From positions 80,028 through 144,027 of the forward strand of contig CACMHQ010000002.1 of assembly GCA_902613615.1 (NCBI GenBank): DNA of 64,000 bases. The letters run 5' to 3'. The first letter of the stretch is position 1. Every line of letters starts with the position of its first letter. The position numbers were made by a program, and so were the translations under genes. Shown here piece after piece: positions 1 to 10,785 of this stretch. The notes under the pieces are model-generated. The model was not told the origin of the DNA and ran no database searches. It was given only the letters and a program-made list of their open reading frames with translations. Source of the DNA: an uncultured Candidatus Actinomarina sp. GTDB taxonomy: Bacteria > Actinomycetota > Acidimicrobiia > Actinomarinales > Actinomarinaceae.

Positions 1-240
1 GAAAGAAGGATGGGTAGAAAAAAAACAGTAAAATATGGTCCAAGAATTATTGATATTGATATTGTTTTTTTTAATAATCAGATAGTAAATTCAAAAGATT
101 TAGTTATTCCACATTACGATTGGTCAAATAGAGTTTTTGTTGTAAAACCTCTTTGTGAGTTATTCAAAGAATTTAATATGCAAGATTACGAATTAGATGT
201 TCAAAAAATAAATAAAGTTGGTAGGGTAAATACTAATTAG
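1..240 (+). CDS. folK: 2-amino-4-hydroxy-6-hydroxymethyldihydropteridine pyrophosphokinase (HPPK), 3' partial; the gene starts upstream of the window
   Basis: Frame 1 is open from base 1. The C-terminal motif GPRIIDIDIV...VIPHYDW...RVFVVKPL matches the HPPK C-terminus (GPRTIDLDIL...LPHP...R.FVL.PL). Its position directly upstream of panC matches mycobacterial synteny. Confidence 0.7.
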   Translation, partial: ERRMGRKKTVKYGPRIIDIDIVFFNNQIVNSKDLVIPHYDWSNRVFVVKPLCELFKEFNMQDYELDVQKINKVGRVNTN

Positions 241-269
241 TTACGGGCACCTTTAAGGGCACGATAAAT

Positions 270-1097
270 ATGATAATTTTAAAAGATAATGAACATATAT
301 TTAATAATAAAAACCTTTGTCTCGTTCCAACGATGGGAGCTCTGCATGAAGGCCACATTGCATTAATTAATGCCGCAAAAAAAACAGAACAAGAAGTAAT
401 AGTGTCTATATTTGTAAACAGACTTCAGTTCAATGATGATTTAGATTTTAAAAATTATCCAAGAGATTTTGAAAAAGATATTTCAATACTTAATCGATTA
501 AATATAGAATATGCTTTTTTTCCTGATGAGGAGTATATGTTTCCTGAATCAGGTTTTGATAAACTTGATGCAGGTAATTTAGGAAAAAAATATGAAGGAA
601 ATTCTAGACCTGGTCATTTCGATGGAGTAATAACAGTCGTAAATAGATTATTTGAATTGATTGCTCCAAAAACTGCAGTGTTTGGAGCAAAAGATTTTCA
701 ACAATTGTTTTTAATTAACAAGTTGATTTTAGAAAAGAAATACAATATAAAAATTATTGAAAATAAGACAGTAAGAAATAGTTCAGGTCTTGCGTTAAGC
801 AGCCGTAATCAACACCTGTCAAAAAAGGGTATTCATCAGGCAAGTTTTATTTACAAATCATTGAATGCTGCAAAAGATGAATTTATAAAAACTAACAACA
901 CAATAGATGGAGTCAAAGTTGGAACAGATATATTATTTGATAACAATATTGATTTAGATTATTTTGAAATTCTTGATCATAAAACATTTTCACCTCCAAA
1001 AAATACTACAAAAAAATTTATAATCATTACTGCTGCTTATGTTGAGGGTATAAGATTAATTGATAATATTCAGTTTGAAGTTGGAGCTACAAAATGA
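270..1097 (+). CDS. panC: pantoate--beta-alanine ligase
   Basis: Carries the signature VPTMGALHEGHIALI (class I aaRS-like HIGH motif of PanC). Length 275 aa. Confidence 0.93.
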   Translation: MIILKDNEHIFNNKNLCLVPTMGALHEGHIALINAAKKTEQEVIVSIFVNRLQFNDDLDFKNYPRDFEKDISILNRLNIEYAFFPDEEYMFPESGFDKLDAGNLGKKYEGNSRPGHFDGVITVVNRLFELIAPKTAVFGAKDFQQLFLINKLILEKKYNIKIIENKTVRNSSGLALSSRNQHLSKKGIHQASFIYKSLNAAKDEFIKTNNTIDGVKVGTDILFDNNIDLDYFEILDHKTFSPPKNTTKKFIIITAAYVEGIRLIDNIQFEVGATK

Positions 1098-1861
1098 AAA
1101 ATATAGTCGCAATTGATGTTGGAAACAGTGAAACAACTGTTGGTGTCGGAAATAATTTATCTTGGAGGAGCTATAGATATACAACTAGAAAAACAATTAC
1201 TTCTGATGAATTATTTATGATGTTTAAAACAACAATTGACCCTGAGAGTATTAATGACGAAAATCTTGATGGCTCAATTATATGCTCAGTAGTTCCTCAA
1301 ATAACTGAAAGCGTTGTAGAAGCTACCGAGAGATTTACCTCTAAAAAGGTTTATACAGTTGGTCCAGGAATAAAGACAGGTTTAAAAGTAAACATTGACA
1401 ATCCAAAAGAATTGGGACCTGATAGGATTGCAAATTCTGTTGGTGGTTTCAAGATGGCTCAAAAATCTGTAATTATTGTTGATTTGGGTACTGCCACAAC
1501 TTTTGATGTAGTAAATGATAAAAAAGAATATTTAGGTGGATCAATCGCTCCAGGTATCAAAATATCGCTTGAGGCATTAACCACAAAAACATCATCATTA
1601 AAATCAGTAGAAATATTAAGCCCCAAATCAGTAATTGGTAAAAATACCTATGAAGCTATACAAAGTGGTCTTATTTTAGGACATGCTTCGATGATAGATT
1701 CAATGTTGGAAAAAATAATTTTAGAGATAGACACTAATCCAAAAATTGTTATTACTGGTGGCTTAGGTGAGGTAATTCAACCACAATTAAATGTCGAAAC
1801 AGAGTATTCAAAAGATCTAACATTAAATGGACTTGAAGAAATATATTTTTTGAATAATTAG
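1094..1861 (+). CDS. coaX: type III pantothenate kinase
   Basis: IAIDVGNSETTVGV N-terminal acetate/sugar kinase fold and DLGTATTFDVV are typical of CoaX. There is a 4-nt overlap with panC. Confidence 0.9.
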   Translation: MKNIVAIDVGNSETTVGVGNNLSWRSYRYTTRKTITSDELFMMFKTTIDPESINDENLDGSIICSVVPQITESVVEATERFTSKKVYTVGPGIKTGLKVNIDNPKELGPDRIANSVGGFKMAQKSVIIVDLGTATTFDVVNDKKEYLGGSIAPGIKISLEALTTKTSSLKSVEILSPKSVIGKNTYEAIQSGLILGHASMIDSMLEKIILEIDTNPKIVITGGLGEVIQPQLNVETEYSKDLTLNGLEEIYFLNN

Positions 1862-1871
1862 GCTATGAATA

Positions 1872-3356
1872 GTGAGTAATTTTTCAAAATCAGAAAAAGA
1901 AATCTATGAACTTAGAAAGCAGAAAATTGCTTTTCTTAATGATATTAGTAGTGATTCTTTTCCTACAAAATTTAATGAATCAACCAAGATTTCAAATATT
2001 ATCAACGAACATAGAGATATTGAAGAAGGTATTCATACAGGCATATCTGTAACTGTTAGAGGAAGATTATTAAATGCAAGATCGTTTGGCAAATTATTAT
2101 TCTATGACATATTAGATCAATCTGGAAAAATTCAATTACTTGTAAATTCTGGTGAAATTGAGGATGTTTATCTGAGGCTTTTTGAAAATTTTGATATTGG
2201 CGACATAATTGCAGTAAACGGAGAGGTAATTAAAACCAAAAAAGGGGAGCTTTCAATTAAAGTAAACCAGTCAACAATACTATCTAAAAGTTTAAGATCA
2301 TTTCCAGAAAAATGGCATGGATTAAAAGATAAAGAAACAAGATTTAGGCAAAGATACTTGGATTTAATAGTGAACCCCGAGTCAAAAAAAATTCTAGAAA
2401 CTAGATCACAAGTAATAAAGCTTATAAGAGAATATTTACATGAAAATAGTTTTGTAGAGGTGGAAACTCCAATATTGCAAACTAAAGCTGGTGGTGCGAT
2501 AGCAAAGCCGTTTACAACTCACCATAATGCTTTAGGTTTAGACATGTATTTAAGAATTGCACCAGAACTTTATCTAAAAAGACTAATTATTGGTGGATTT
2601 GAAAAAGTATTTGAATTAGGAAAAATTTTCAGAAATGAAGGCATTGATCAAACACATCTACCAGAATTTACGATGTTAGAAAGCTATCAGGCATACGTTG
2701 ATGCAAATTCTGTCATGGACATGGTTGAGGATATGTGTATATATGTCTTTAAAAATTTAGAAACTGATACAAAGTTACATTTTGGTGAAAATACCGCTGA
2801 TTTCTCAGGTCCATGGAAAAGAGTAAGCATGTTTGATATGGTTTCTGAAAAATTAAATATAGACATACAATTTAATTCAGATTTTAAAAAAATTAGTAAG
2901 GAATTAAAAAAGCAAGGAGTTGATTTTGAAGCCAAATCAATTGGATTACTTGTTTACGAACTTTTTGAGAATTTCGTAGAAAAAGAAATCATCGATCCAA
3001 CATTTGTAATTGATTATCCTGTTGAAGTTTCACCCTTTGCAAGGGAAAAGAAAGATGAAAAAGGCATAACAGAGAGGTTCGAACTTTTTGCATTTGGTAG
3101 TGAACTAGCAAATGGTTTTTCAGAACTTATCGACTCAGAAGAACAGGCCAAAAGATTAAAAGAACAAGCGATTAAAAAGAGTAATGGTGATGAAGAAGCC
3201 CATGTTGAAGATCAAGATTATGTTGAAGCTTTACAGTATGGCTTACCTCCAACTGGTGGTTTAGGTTTTGGGGTTGACCGCTTTGTCATGATGCTTATGG
3301 GAGAAACTTCAATACGTGAAGTAATTTCATTTACACATTTAAAACCAGAAAATTAA
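1872..3356 (+). CDS. lysS: lysine--tRNA ligase (class II)
   Basis: RFRQRYLDLIVNPESKK (LysRS motif) and class II motifs 2/3 (FRNEGID..., GLGFGVDRFVMML). Length 494 aa. Confidence 0.95.
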   Translation: MSNFSKSEKEIYELRKQKIAFLNDISSDSFPTKFNESTKISNIINEHRDIEEGIHTGISVTVRGRLLNARSFGKLLFYDILDQSGKIQLLVNSGEIEDVYLRLFENFDIGDIIAVNGEVIKTKKGELSIKVNQSTILSKSLRSFPEKWHGLKDKETRFRQRYLDLIVNPESKKILETRSQVIKLIREYLHENSFVEVETPILQTKAGGAIAKPFTTHHNALGLDMYLRIAPELYLKRLIIGGFEKVFELGKIFRNEGIDQTHLPEFTMLESYQAYVDANSVMDMVEDMCIYVFKNLETDTKLHFGENTADFSGPWKRVSMFDMVSEKLNIDIQFNSDFKKISKELKKQGVDFEAKSIGLLVYELFENFVEKEIIDPTFVIDYPVEVSPFAREKKDEKGITERFELFAFGSELANGFSELIDSEEQAKRLKEQAIKKSNGDEEAHVEDQDYVEALQYGLPPTGGLGFGVDRFVMMLMGETSIREVISFTHLKPEN

Positions 3357-4330
3357 TTACTTCTTTCTATAAGGTATCTGTTTAAATCTAAAAGTATATT
3401 TCGAATAACTTTGTTCTCAATTTTCATTGCAGCATTTTCACTTTTTTCAATATGTGTTTTGAGAAACAATTTTGATTCTGAGATAATCTCGTCATTATTG
3501 AATTCAGAAATTACTTCTTTTAAAATTACTTTTTCATCAGAGACATCTGATAATATTTTTTTAATTTTTTCTGGCTGTTTCTTTAAAGCAATTAAAACTG
3601 GCAATGTGTAAGTACCCTCAAGAATGTCGTTACCTGAAGGCTTACCCAAAGTTTGTTCGTCAGAACTCAAATCCAATATATCATCTGTAATCTGAAAAAT
3701 AATTCCATTGTGCCAAGCCCATTCACTTATAAAATTTACAGACTCTTGATTACTATTTGAAGCCATTGCTCCTAATTTTGCACTTGTCTTTATTAAGCTT
3801 GCCGTTTTGCCTTGGATTATTTTCATGTAATCTTCAGTACCATGATTTGTGTCATATGAAAATTGAACTTCTTTAGTTTGGCCTTCAACAAGCTGAGCAT
3901 ATGTGGAAGCTAATAGCTTTACAGATTCAAGTCCTAATGATTCAGCTGCCAATTCAGAGGACCTTGCAAGAAGGTAATCTCCTGCCAAAATCGCAAGAGT
4001 TGAGTTCCATTGTTTATTTGTACTTACTACCCCTCTTCTCGTTGTTGCATCGTCAATAACATCATCGTGATATAAGCTTCCAAGGTGTATTAGCTCGACT
4101 GAAACACCAGCATCAATTACTTTTTTATTATCTCCCTCACCTAATTTTCCTGCCAGCAGAGCAATCAATGGTCTGAATCTTTTTCCACCAGCTGATATTA
4201 AGTATTGTGATATCTCTGTGAGATATGGATCAGAAGAGCTACTAATTTCTATAAGTCTGTCCTCTAATAAATCAAGATCTTCCCAAATGCTTTGAATAGG
4301 AATTATGTTTTTTAGCTCTTTTGATTCCAT
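3353..4330 (-). CDS. polyprenyl diphosphate synthase (trans-isoprenyl diphosphate synthase family)
   Basis: Two aspartate-rich motifs, LYHDDVIDDATTRRG (FARM) and FQITDDILD (SARM). The chain-length product cannot be deduced. Confidence 0.88.
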   Translation of the reverse strand: MESKELKNIIPIQSIWEDLDLLEDRLIEISSSSDPYLTEISQYLISAGGKRFRPLIALLAGKLGEGDNKKVIDAGVSVELIHLGSLYHDDVIDDATTRRGVVSTNKQWNSTLAILAGDYLLARSSELAAESLGLESVKLLASTYAQLVEGQTKEVQFSYDTNHGTEDYMKIIQGKTASLIKTSAKLGAMASNSNQESVNFISEWAWHNGIIFQITDDILDLSSDEQTLGKPSGNDILEGTYTLPVLIALKKQPEKIKKILSDVSDEKVILKEVISEFNNDEIISESKLFLKTHIEKSENAAMKIENKVIRNILLDLNRYLIERSN

Positions 4331-4410
4331 AAGCTAAAGAATAAGAGGATTTCACAAATAGTTGTAATTTTCGTTTAGAGGTATAAACAGAGCCTTATTA
4401 ATATAAACGT

Positions 4411-6891
4411 ATGTTTGAGAGGTTTACAGATAGAGCTAGAAGAGTTGTCGTTCTTGCACAAGAAGAAGCAAGAAGATTAAACCATAATTATATTGGCACA
4501 GAGCACATCTTACTTGGTTTAATACAAGAAGGTGAAGGTCATGCTGCTAAAGCAATTGAAGAACTTAATATAAGCATTGATAGCGTAAGATCTGAAGTTG
4601 TTGAAATTATAGGAGAAGGCCAGCAATCACCAAGTGGTCACATACCTTTTACACCAAGAGCAAAAAAAGTTTTAGAATTATCCCTCAGAGAAGCATTACA
4701 GTTAGGTCACAACTACATCGGAACAGAACACATTTTATTAGGTTTAATTAGAGAGGGAGAAGGTGTAGCAGCTCAGGTGCTGAAAAAACTTGGAGCTGAA
4801 CTATCACAAGTTAGACAGACTGTTATAAAACTTATTTCAAATTCGGGTGAAGGCAAAAAAGCTCAAGCAGCTTCAACAGGTGGAAGAGAAAGACCGGGAT
4901 CAGGGACTGGATCAGCAATACTTGATCAATTTGGAAGAAATCTTACAAGAATGGGTAAAGAGGGCAAACTAGACCCTGTTATTGGAAGAATGACTGAAAT
5001 CGAAAGAGTGATGCAAATTCTCTCAAGAAGAACAAAAAATAATCCTGTTTTAATTGGCGAACCAGGTGTAGGAAAAACAGCAATCGTCGAAGGGTTAGCG
5101 CAAAAAATTGTTTCAGGAGACGTGCCATCTACATTACAAGGAAAACAAATTTACACATTAGATTTATCAGCTTTGGTTGCAGGCTCAAGATATCGTGGAG
5201 ATTTTGAGGAAAGACTAAAAAAAGTTTTGAAAGAAATAAAAACAAGAGGAGACATCGTATTATTCATCGATGAAATTCATACATTAGTTGGTGCTGGAGC
5301 TGCTGAAGGTGCCATTGATGCTGCATCAATACTAAAACCAATGCTTGCGAGAGGTGAGTTACAAACAGTAGGAGCTACAACATTAGAAGAATTTAGAAAG
5401 CATTTTGAGAAAGATGCAGCATTAGAAAGAAGATTTCAATCAGTAAAAGTTGATGAGCCTAACCTCTCAGACGCAATTGAGATACTTGATGGTTTAAAAG
5501 ATAGATATGAAATTCACCATGGTGTTAGATTCACTGATCAAGCAATTGCTTCAGCAGTTAATATGGCTGACAGGTATATTTCAGACCGCTTTTTACCAGA
5601 TAAAGCTATTGATTTAATTGATGAAGCCGGTAGTCGTATGAGAGTTTACAAAAAGCCTTTAGATGCTGACAAACAAGAACTTTCTGACAAACTTAAGAAC
5701 CTAAGAGAGCAAAAAATTGACGCTGTTCAATCACAATTATTTGAAAAAGCAGCTCAAATTAGAGACCAAGAGAAAGTTTTGCTGGATGAGGTTGATTCAA
5801 TAGAAGGAAGTAGCTCTTCAGATATCGAGATGGTTATAGATGAGGAAGAAATTGCAGAAGTTCTAGCACAATGGACAGGAATTCCAGTACACAGATTAAC
5901 ACAAGAAGAGACTGCGAGACTTCTAGAAATGGAAAATGAACTCCATAAGAGAATTGTTGGCCAAAATGAAGCAATTACAGCTGTTTCAAAGGCTATTAGA
6001 AGAACAAGATCAGGCTTAAAAGATCCTAAAAGACCTTCAGGTTCATTTATTTTCCTTGGACCATCTGGTGTAGGAAAGACCGAAACTGCAAAAGCACTAG
6101 CTGAATTCTTATTTGGCGACGAGGATTCATTAATTCAAATCGATATGTCAGAGTATATGGAGAAGCATACCGTAAGTAGGCTAATTGGATCTCCTCCAGG
6201 CTATGTTGGTTATGATGAGGGTGGACAGTTGACTGAAGCAGTTAGAAGAAAACCTTTTAGTGTTGTTCTTTTAGATGAGGTGGAAAAAGCACATCCAGAT
6301 GTATTTAATACTCTTTTACAAATATTAGAAGACGGAAGATTGACCGACGCACAAGGAAGAACAGTTGATTTTAAAAATACTGTGATAATAATGACCAGCA
6401 ACCTTGGAACAAAAGATTTGTCAAAAAATATTGGCTTCAGCAACCTAACTGACTTGGATTCATATGAAAAAATGAAATCAAAAGTTAACGAAGAACTAAA
6501 AAGATATTTCAAGCCGGAGTTTCTAAACCGTATAGATGAGACTATTGTTTTCCATGAATTAACGCTAGATGAAGTAAAAGAAATTGTTGATTTAATGTTA
6601 GATAGAGTTCACAAACAACTTAAAAATTCAGATTTAGAAATAGTATTATCTGACGAGGCAAAACAATTTCTAGCTACCGAAGGTTATAACAAAGAATTTG
6701 GCGCTAGACCATTAAGAAGATCAATACAAAGACTTTTGGAAGATCCTCTATCAGAAGAATTACTACAAGGTAAGTACAAGGCTGGTTCAACTATAATTGT
6801 ATCTTTGAATGAGGAAGATGGAACACTTGAATTTGAATCCGTCGAAGCTCCTAATGAACCTGAAGTAGACTTTGCAGATTCAGATTCCTAA
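4411..6891 (+). CDS. clpC: ATP-dependent Clp protease ATP-binding subunit ClpC
   Basis: Duplicated N-terminal Clp R-domain ([17 protein letters not shown] x2), two AAA+ modules with GEPGVGKT and GPSGVGKT Walker A, and a UVR-like linker. Length 826 aa. Confidence 0.95.
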   Translation: MFERFTDRARRVVVLAQEEARRLNHNYIGTEHILLGLIQEGEGHAAKAIEELNISIDSVRSEVVEIIGEGQQSPSGHIPFTPRAKKVLELSLREALQLGHNYIGTEHILLGLIREGEGVAAQVLKKLGAELSQVRQTVIKLISNSGEGKKAQAASTGGRERPGSGTGSAILDQFGRNLTRMGKEGKLDPVIGRMTEIERVMQILSRRTKNNPVLIGEPGVGKTAIVEGLAQKIVSGDVPSTLQGKQIYTLDLSALVAGSRYRGDFEERLKKVLKEIKTRGDIVLFIDEIHTLVGAGAAEGAIDAASILKPMLARGELQTVGATTLEEFRKHFEKDAALERRFQSVKVDEPNLSDAIEILDGLKDRYEIHHGVRFTDQAIASAVNMADRYISDRFLPDKAIDLIDEAGSRMRVYKKPLDADKQELSDKLKNLREQKIDAVQSQLFEKAAQIRDQEKVLLDEVDSIEGSSSSDIEMVIDEEEIAEVLAQWTGIPVHRLTQEETARLLEMENELHKRIVGQNEAITAVSKAIRRTRSGLKDPKRPSGSFIFLGPSGVGKTETAKALAEFLFGDEDSLIQIDMSEYMEKHTVSRLIGSPPGYVGYDEGGQLTEAVRRKPFSVVLLDEVEKAHPDVFNTLLQILEDGRLTDAQGRTVDFKNTVIIMTSNLGTKDLSKNIGFSNLTDLDSYEKMKSKVNEELKRYFKPEFLNRIDETIVFHELTLDEVKEIVDLMLDRVHKQLKNSDLEIVLSDEAKQFLATEGYNKEFGARPLRRSIQRLLEDPLSEELLQGKYKAGSTIIVSLNEEDGTLEFESVEAPNEPEVDFADSDS

Positions 6892-7022
6892 ATAAAATCT
6901 GTCAAACCGTTATAAAAATTTCACCACTATCAAAAGATAATTAATAAAAAATTGCTACTATAAATTCCAACGGGGTTTTAAAGGTATTCTTATACCTACA
7001 ACTAGTTGGACAAGGAGTAAAC

Positions 7023-8132
7023 GTGACTCGAATGAAGTCAAAATGGCTTATACTTTTCATAGTATTTGGCCTAATATTAACTGCTTGTGGTGGATCCGAT
7101 ACAGCTGAAGAGGTTGAAACAGTAGCCGAAGAAGCTCCAGCAGAAGAGCTGGACTCACCTGCTACTACAGCAGCCCCTACAACTACAACTGGACCAACCG
7201 CAGAAGTATGTATGGTTTATGACATTGGTGGAAGAGGAGACTTATCCTTTAATGACATGGCATACGCTGGGCTTGAAAAAGCTATAGCTGAACTAGGTGT
7301 TAACGGTCAAGATCTTGAACCAAACGAAGGTGGAGAAAATAGAGCTGAACTATTAGGTCTTTGTGCAGAAGATGGCAAAGATGTAATTATTGGAGTTGGG
7401 TTCTTATTTGCTGATTCTATAACTGAAGTTGCAACTGCATATCCTGATGTAAACTTTGGAATTATAGATTCAGCTGTAGAGCCAGGAAATGTTGCTGGCA
7501 TGCTCTTCGCTGAAGAACAAGGTTCTTTCTTGGTTGGAGCAGCAGCAGCTTTAAAAACACAAACTAACAAAGTTGGTTTTATTGGTGGTGTAGAATTTCC
7601 ACTAATCCAAAAATTCGAAGCTGGATTCGTCGCAGGTGTAAAAGCTGTAAATCCTGATATCGAAATAGATATTAAGTATGCAACTGTACCACCTGACTTT
7701 GGAGGCTTTAACTTACCTGATAAAGGTAAAGAAATTGCATTAGCACAATATGAAGCTGGCGCAGATATTATATATCATGCAGCTGGTGGAACAGGTGCTG
7801 GTCTTTTTGAAGCAGCTAAAGAAGTATCTGAATCTACAGGTTCAAAAGTTTGGGCTATTGGTGTAGATGCAGACCAGTACAACACAGTTAGTGCTGAATT
7901 ACAACCTTATATTTTAACTTCCATGTTAAAGAAGGTTGACACTGCAGTGTACTTAACAATTAAGGCAATCGTTGATGGAACATTTGCTGGGGGAGTATCT
8001 GTCTTTGATCTAAGTGTCGATGGCGTAGGATATTCTACATCCGGTGGATATGTTGATGACATTGCTTCACAACTTGATGACTATAAAGCACAAATTGTGA
8101 GCGGTGCAATAACTGTTCCAAGTACACCTTAA
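7023..8132 (+). CDS. BMP-family (PnrA-like) ABC transporter substrate-binding lipoprotein, probable nucleoside binder
   Basis: Signal peptide with lipobox (LILTACGG). The conserved BMP core is GFIGGVEFPLIQKFEAGFVAGVKAVNPDIEIDIKY. A Pro/Thr/Ala-rich linker follows the lipid-modified Cys. Confidence 0.85.
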   Translation: MTRMKSKWLILFIVFGLILTACGGSDTAEEVETVAEEAPAEELDSPATTAAPTTTTGPTAEVCMVYDIGGRGDLSFNDMAYAGLEKAIAELGVNGQDLEPNEGGENRAELLGLCAEDGKDVIIGVGFLFADSITEVATAYPDVNFGIIDSAVEPGNVAGMLFAEEQGSFLVGAAAALKTQTNKVGFIGGVEFPLIQKFEAGFVAGVKAVNPDIEIDIKYATVPPDFGGFNLPDKGKEIALAQYEAGADIIYHAAGGTGAGLFEAAKEVSESTGSKVWAIGVDADQYNTVSAELQPYILTSMLKKVDTAVYLTIKAIVDGTFAGGVSVFDLSVDGVGYSTSGGYVDDIASQLDDYKAQIVSGAITVPSTP

Positions 8133-8147
8133 TTTAAATTATTTTTT

Positions 8148-8172
8148 CTAGGACCCAATTTTTGGGTCCTAG
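8148..8172. other. perfect inverted repeat / RNA stem-loop (11-bp stem CTAGGACCCAA/TTGGGTCCTAG, 3-nt loop) between the SBP and ATPase genes
   Basis: Read directly from the sequence. GC-rich stem in an AT-rich intergenic region; no U-tract on either strand. Confidence 0.6.
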
Positions 8173-8186
8173 AAACAAATATTCTT

Positions 8187-9695
8187 ATGTCATTCGCTTT
8201 AAAAGTTACAGAAATATCAAAATCCTTTCCAGGTGTCCTAGCCAATGACAAAATAAATATAGAAATACCGAAAGGTACAATCCATGCGATTGTAGGTGAA
8301 AACGGTGCTGGAAAATCAACTTTAATGAAAGTAATATATGGAATGATTTCACCTGATTCCGGAACAATTACCGTTGAAGATGAAGAAAAAAAATTTAGTT
8401 CCCCAAAAGATGCAATAAAATCGGGGATTGGAATGGTGCATCAGCATTTTATGCTTGCTGATAATTTGACTGTTTTAGAAAATATAATTTTAGGTATTGA
8501 AAATGCAACTTTAAAAAATATAAAGAAAAAAAAATTTATTAACGAAATCCTCGAAATTTCAAATAAATATGGAATGCCTTTAAATCCAAACGTAACAATA
8601 GATGAATTAGGTGTTGGAGAAAAACAAAGAGTCGAAATACTTAAAGTATTATATAGAGGAGCAAAAATTTTAATTTTGGATGAACCTACTGCCGTTCTAG
8701 TACCACAAGAAGTTAAAGAGCTTTTTGAAAACTTGAATAACCTTAAAAATCAAGGAGTAACAATTTTATTTATATCTCATAAGTTAGACGAAGTGATTGA
8801 GATTGCTGACGGAATCTCAGTGATGAGAGGCGGCAAACATGTAGGTACTGTTGATGCAAAAACAGTTTCAAAATCTGAGCTTGCAGAAATGATGATTGGA
8901 AAATCATTGCCAAAGCCACCTGATAGAACCACATCACCTTTAAATGATAAGTGTTTAGAGGTCAATTCTTTAACTGGTGAGGAAATAGATTCCAAATCTC
9001 CTTTTTTAAACATAACTTTTGAATTAAAAAAGGGTGAGATCCTGGGTATAGCAGGTGTAGAAGGCAACGGTCAACGAGAATTAACTGAGGCGATTCTTGG
9101 AATTTATCCCTTAAAAAGTGGAGAAATATTCGTTGATGGAAATAATATTAACCAAATGGGAACGCGCCAGCGTAGAGAAATGGGAATAAATTTTATACCT
9201 GAAGACAGACAATCTCAGGGGTTAGTAATGGATAATTCTTTGACCGAAAATGCTATGTTAGGAAGGCAAAATAAAAAAAGATATAAAACAAAGATGAAAA
9301 GTGTAAATTTTAAAAATTCCAAAAAATTTTCTGATGCCATAATAAACCAATACGACGTAAGGACCCCAAGCTCTTCAACTCTTGCACTTGCCTTGTCAGG
9401 GGGAAATCAACAAAAATTTGTAGTTGGTAGGGAACTTGAAGATAGTCCAAGCTTACTAGTTGCATCACAACCAACACGAGGAATTGATATAGGAGCACAA
9501 TCTTTGATTTGGGATGAATTAAGGGGCGCTAGAGATGATGGTTTAGGTGTATTATTGATATCTGCAGATTTAGAAGAACTATTAGGTCTATCTGATAGAT
9601 TATTAGTGATGTATGAAGGAAAAGTTGTTAAAGAATTAATCCCAGAAGAGGCAACCCCTGAATTGCTTGGAGCCTATATGACTGGACTCAGTTAG
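8187..9695 (+). CDS. ABC transporter ATP-binding protein with two fused ABC domains (nucleoside/sugar importer type)
   Basis: Two Walker A motifs (GENGAGKST; second degenerate). Two ABC signatures/linkers. Length 502 aa, typical of RbsA/NupA-type ATPases paired with BMP lipoproteins. Confidence 0.88.
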   Translation: MSFALKVTEISKSFPGVLANDKINIEIPKGTIHAIVGENGAGKSTLMKVIYGMISPDSGTITVEDEEKKFSSPKDAIKSGIGMVHQHFMLADNLTVLENIILGIENATLKNIKKKKFINEILEISNKYGMPLNPNVTIDELGVGEKQRVEILKVLYRGAKILILDEPTAVLVPQEVKELFENLNNLKNQGVTILFISHKLDEVIEIADGISVMRGGKHVGTVDAKTVSKSELAEMMIGKSLPKPPDRTTSPLNDKCLEVNSLTGEEIDSKSPFLNITFELKKGEILGIAGVEGNGQRELTEAILGIYPLKSGEIFVDGNNINQMGTRQRREMGINFIPEDRQSQGLVMDNSLTENAMLGRQNKKRYKTKMKSVNFKNSKKFSDAIINQYDVRTPSSSTLALALSGGNQQKFVVGRELEDSPSLLVASQPTRGIDIGAQSLIWDELRGARDDGLGVLLISADLEELLGLSDRLLVMYEGKVVKELIPEEATPELLGAYMTGLS

Positions 9696-9696
9696 C

Positions 9697-10785
9697 ATGA
9701 AAATTCGTATCCGTATATTAAGTATCCTTGCTCCAATTATTGCCTTGTTTACTGCTGTTTTAATTTGTTCAGCAATTTTAAATTTTATTGATAGAGATCC
9801 AATTGAAACATTTAGATCAATGTTCGAATACGGAACTACAGGAAAGTCAATGGTTTCGATAATCAACAGATCAGTCCCACTCTATATTTCTGCAGTTGCA
9901 GTTGCAGTCGGATTTAAGATGGGGTTATTTAATATCGGAGTAGAAGGACAATATTTACTTGGAGCTTTAATTGCAGCTGCAATTGGAGCATACTTTACAC
10001 TTCCACCTGTAATTCATGTACTATTTATCCTATTTATTGCATCTTTGAGTTCTGGATTGTGGGCTGCAATTGCCGGGTATCTTAAAGTAAAGAAAGGAAT
10101 ACATGAAGTAATTTCAACAATCATGTTGAACTACATAGGTACAGGCATCATAGCTTACTTACTTGCTCAAGTTTTTTTTGAAAGGGATGAGAATGACAGT
10201 CTAAAAGTTCCCCAAACAAACTATCTACCTGAATCTGGTCAAATTCCACCTTTAAATAATTTGTTAGGGATAGAAGATCTACCTAATCTTCACGGATTTG
10301 TAATAGGGGCAATATTGATTGGTATATTTTATTACTGGTTAATTTGGAAAACATCTCTTGGTTATGACTTAAGAGCAACTGGTTCAAACCCAATTGCGGC
10401 AAAATTTAGTGGTGCTGATCCAGCAAAACTGATAATTCTGGCAATGTTGATTTCTGGAGCAATCGCCGGAATGGTGGGTATGAGCGGGCTTATGGGATAT
10501 TATCACCGATATACGATAGATTTTACCTCTGGACTTGGCTTTGTGGGTATAGGAGTTGCATTATTAGGCCGTAACCATCCTATAGGCATGGCTTTAGGGG
10601 CAATATTAATTTCCTTTTTAGAAAGATCATCGCAAATTTTAGATTTAAAAGATGTACCTAAAGAAATTGAGAGAATAATGCAGGGCATCATCATTTTATT
10701 TGTAGTGATTGGTTATGAAATCGTAAGAAGATATATTTTGACTTCACAGATAAAAGAAGCCTCTAAAGAGGTATTGAATGAATAG
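9697..10785 (+). CDS. ABC transporter permease (BMP-system, first permease)
   Basis: Polytopic membrane protein located directly after the ATPase. Resembles RbsC/NupB-like permeases. Confidence 0.85.
   Translation: MKIRIRILSILAPIIALFTAVLICSAILNFIDRDPIETFRSMFEYGTTGKSMVSIINRSVPLYISAVAVAVGFKMGLFNIGVEGQYLLGALIAAAIGAYFTLPPVIHVLFILFIASLSSGLWAAIAGYLKVKKGIHEVISTIMLNYIGTGIIAYLLAQVFFERDENDSLKVPQTNYLPESGQIPPLNNLLGIEDLPNLHGFVIGAILIGIFYYWLIWKTSLGYDLRATGSNPIAAKFSGADPAKLIILAMLISGAIAGMVGMSGLMGYYHRYTIDFTSGLGFVGIGVALLGRNHPIGMALGAILISFLERSSQILDLKDVPKEIERIMQGIIILFVVIGYEIVRRYILTSQIKEASKEVLNE

Noticed and set aside
2687-2935. 82-aa antisense ORF inside lysS, plus similar short antisense ORFs inside clpC (6210-6512), the first ABC ATPase (8777-9067) and nuoF/nuoG (31001-31635, 32566-32796)
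   Set aside because: They lie fully within strongly supported genes on the opposite strand and have no family signal. Treated as spurious.
4351-4367. TTCACAA-ATAG-TTGTAA between the polyprenyl synthase and clpC genes, considered as a second Rex site
   Set aside because: The half-sites are in the opposite (everted) order relative to the Rex palindrome TTGTGAA-N4-TTCACAA, and one half is degenerate, so it is not a Rex box.
7307-7570. 87-aa antisense ORF inside the BMP lipoprotein gene
   Set aside because: Same artefact: GC-rich linker and Ala-rich coding keep the reverse frame open.
8148-8172. 25-bp hairpin considered as a classical rho-independent terminator
   Set aside because: There is no U-tract after the stem on either strand. 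It is kept only as a stem-loop / possible processing or stability element.
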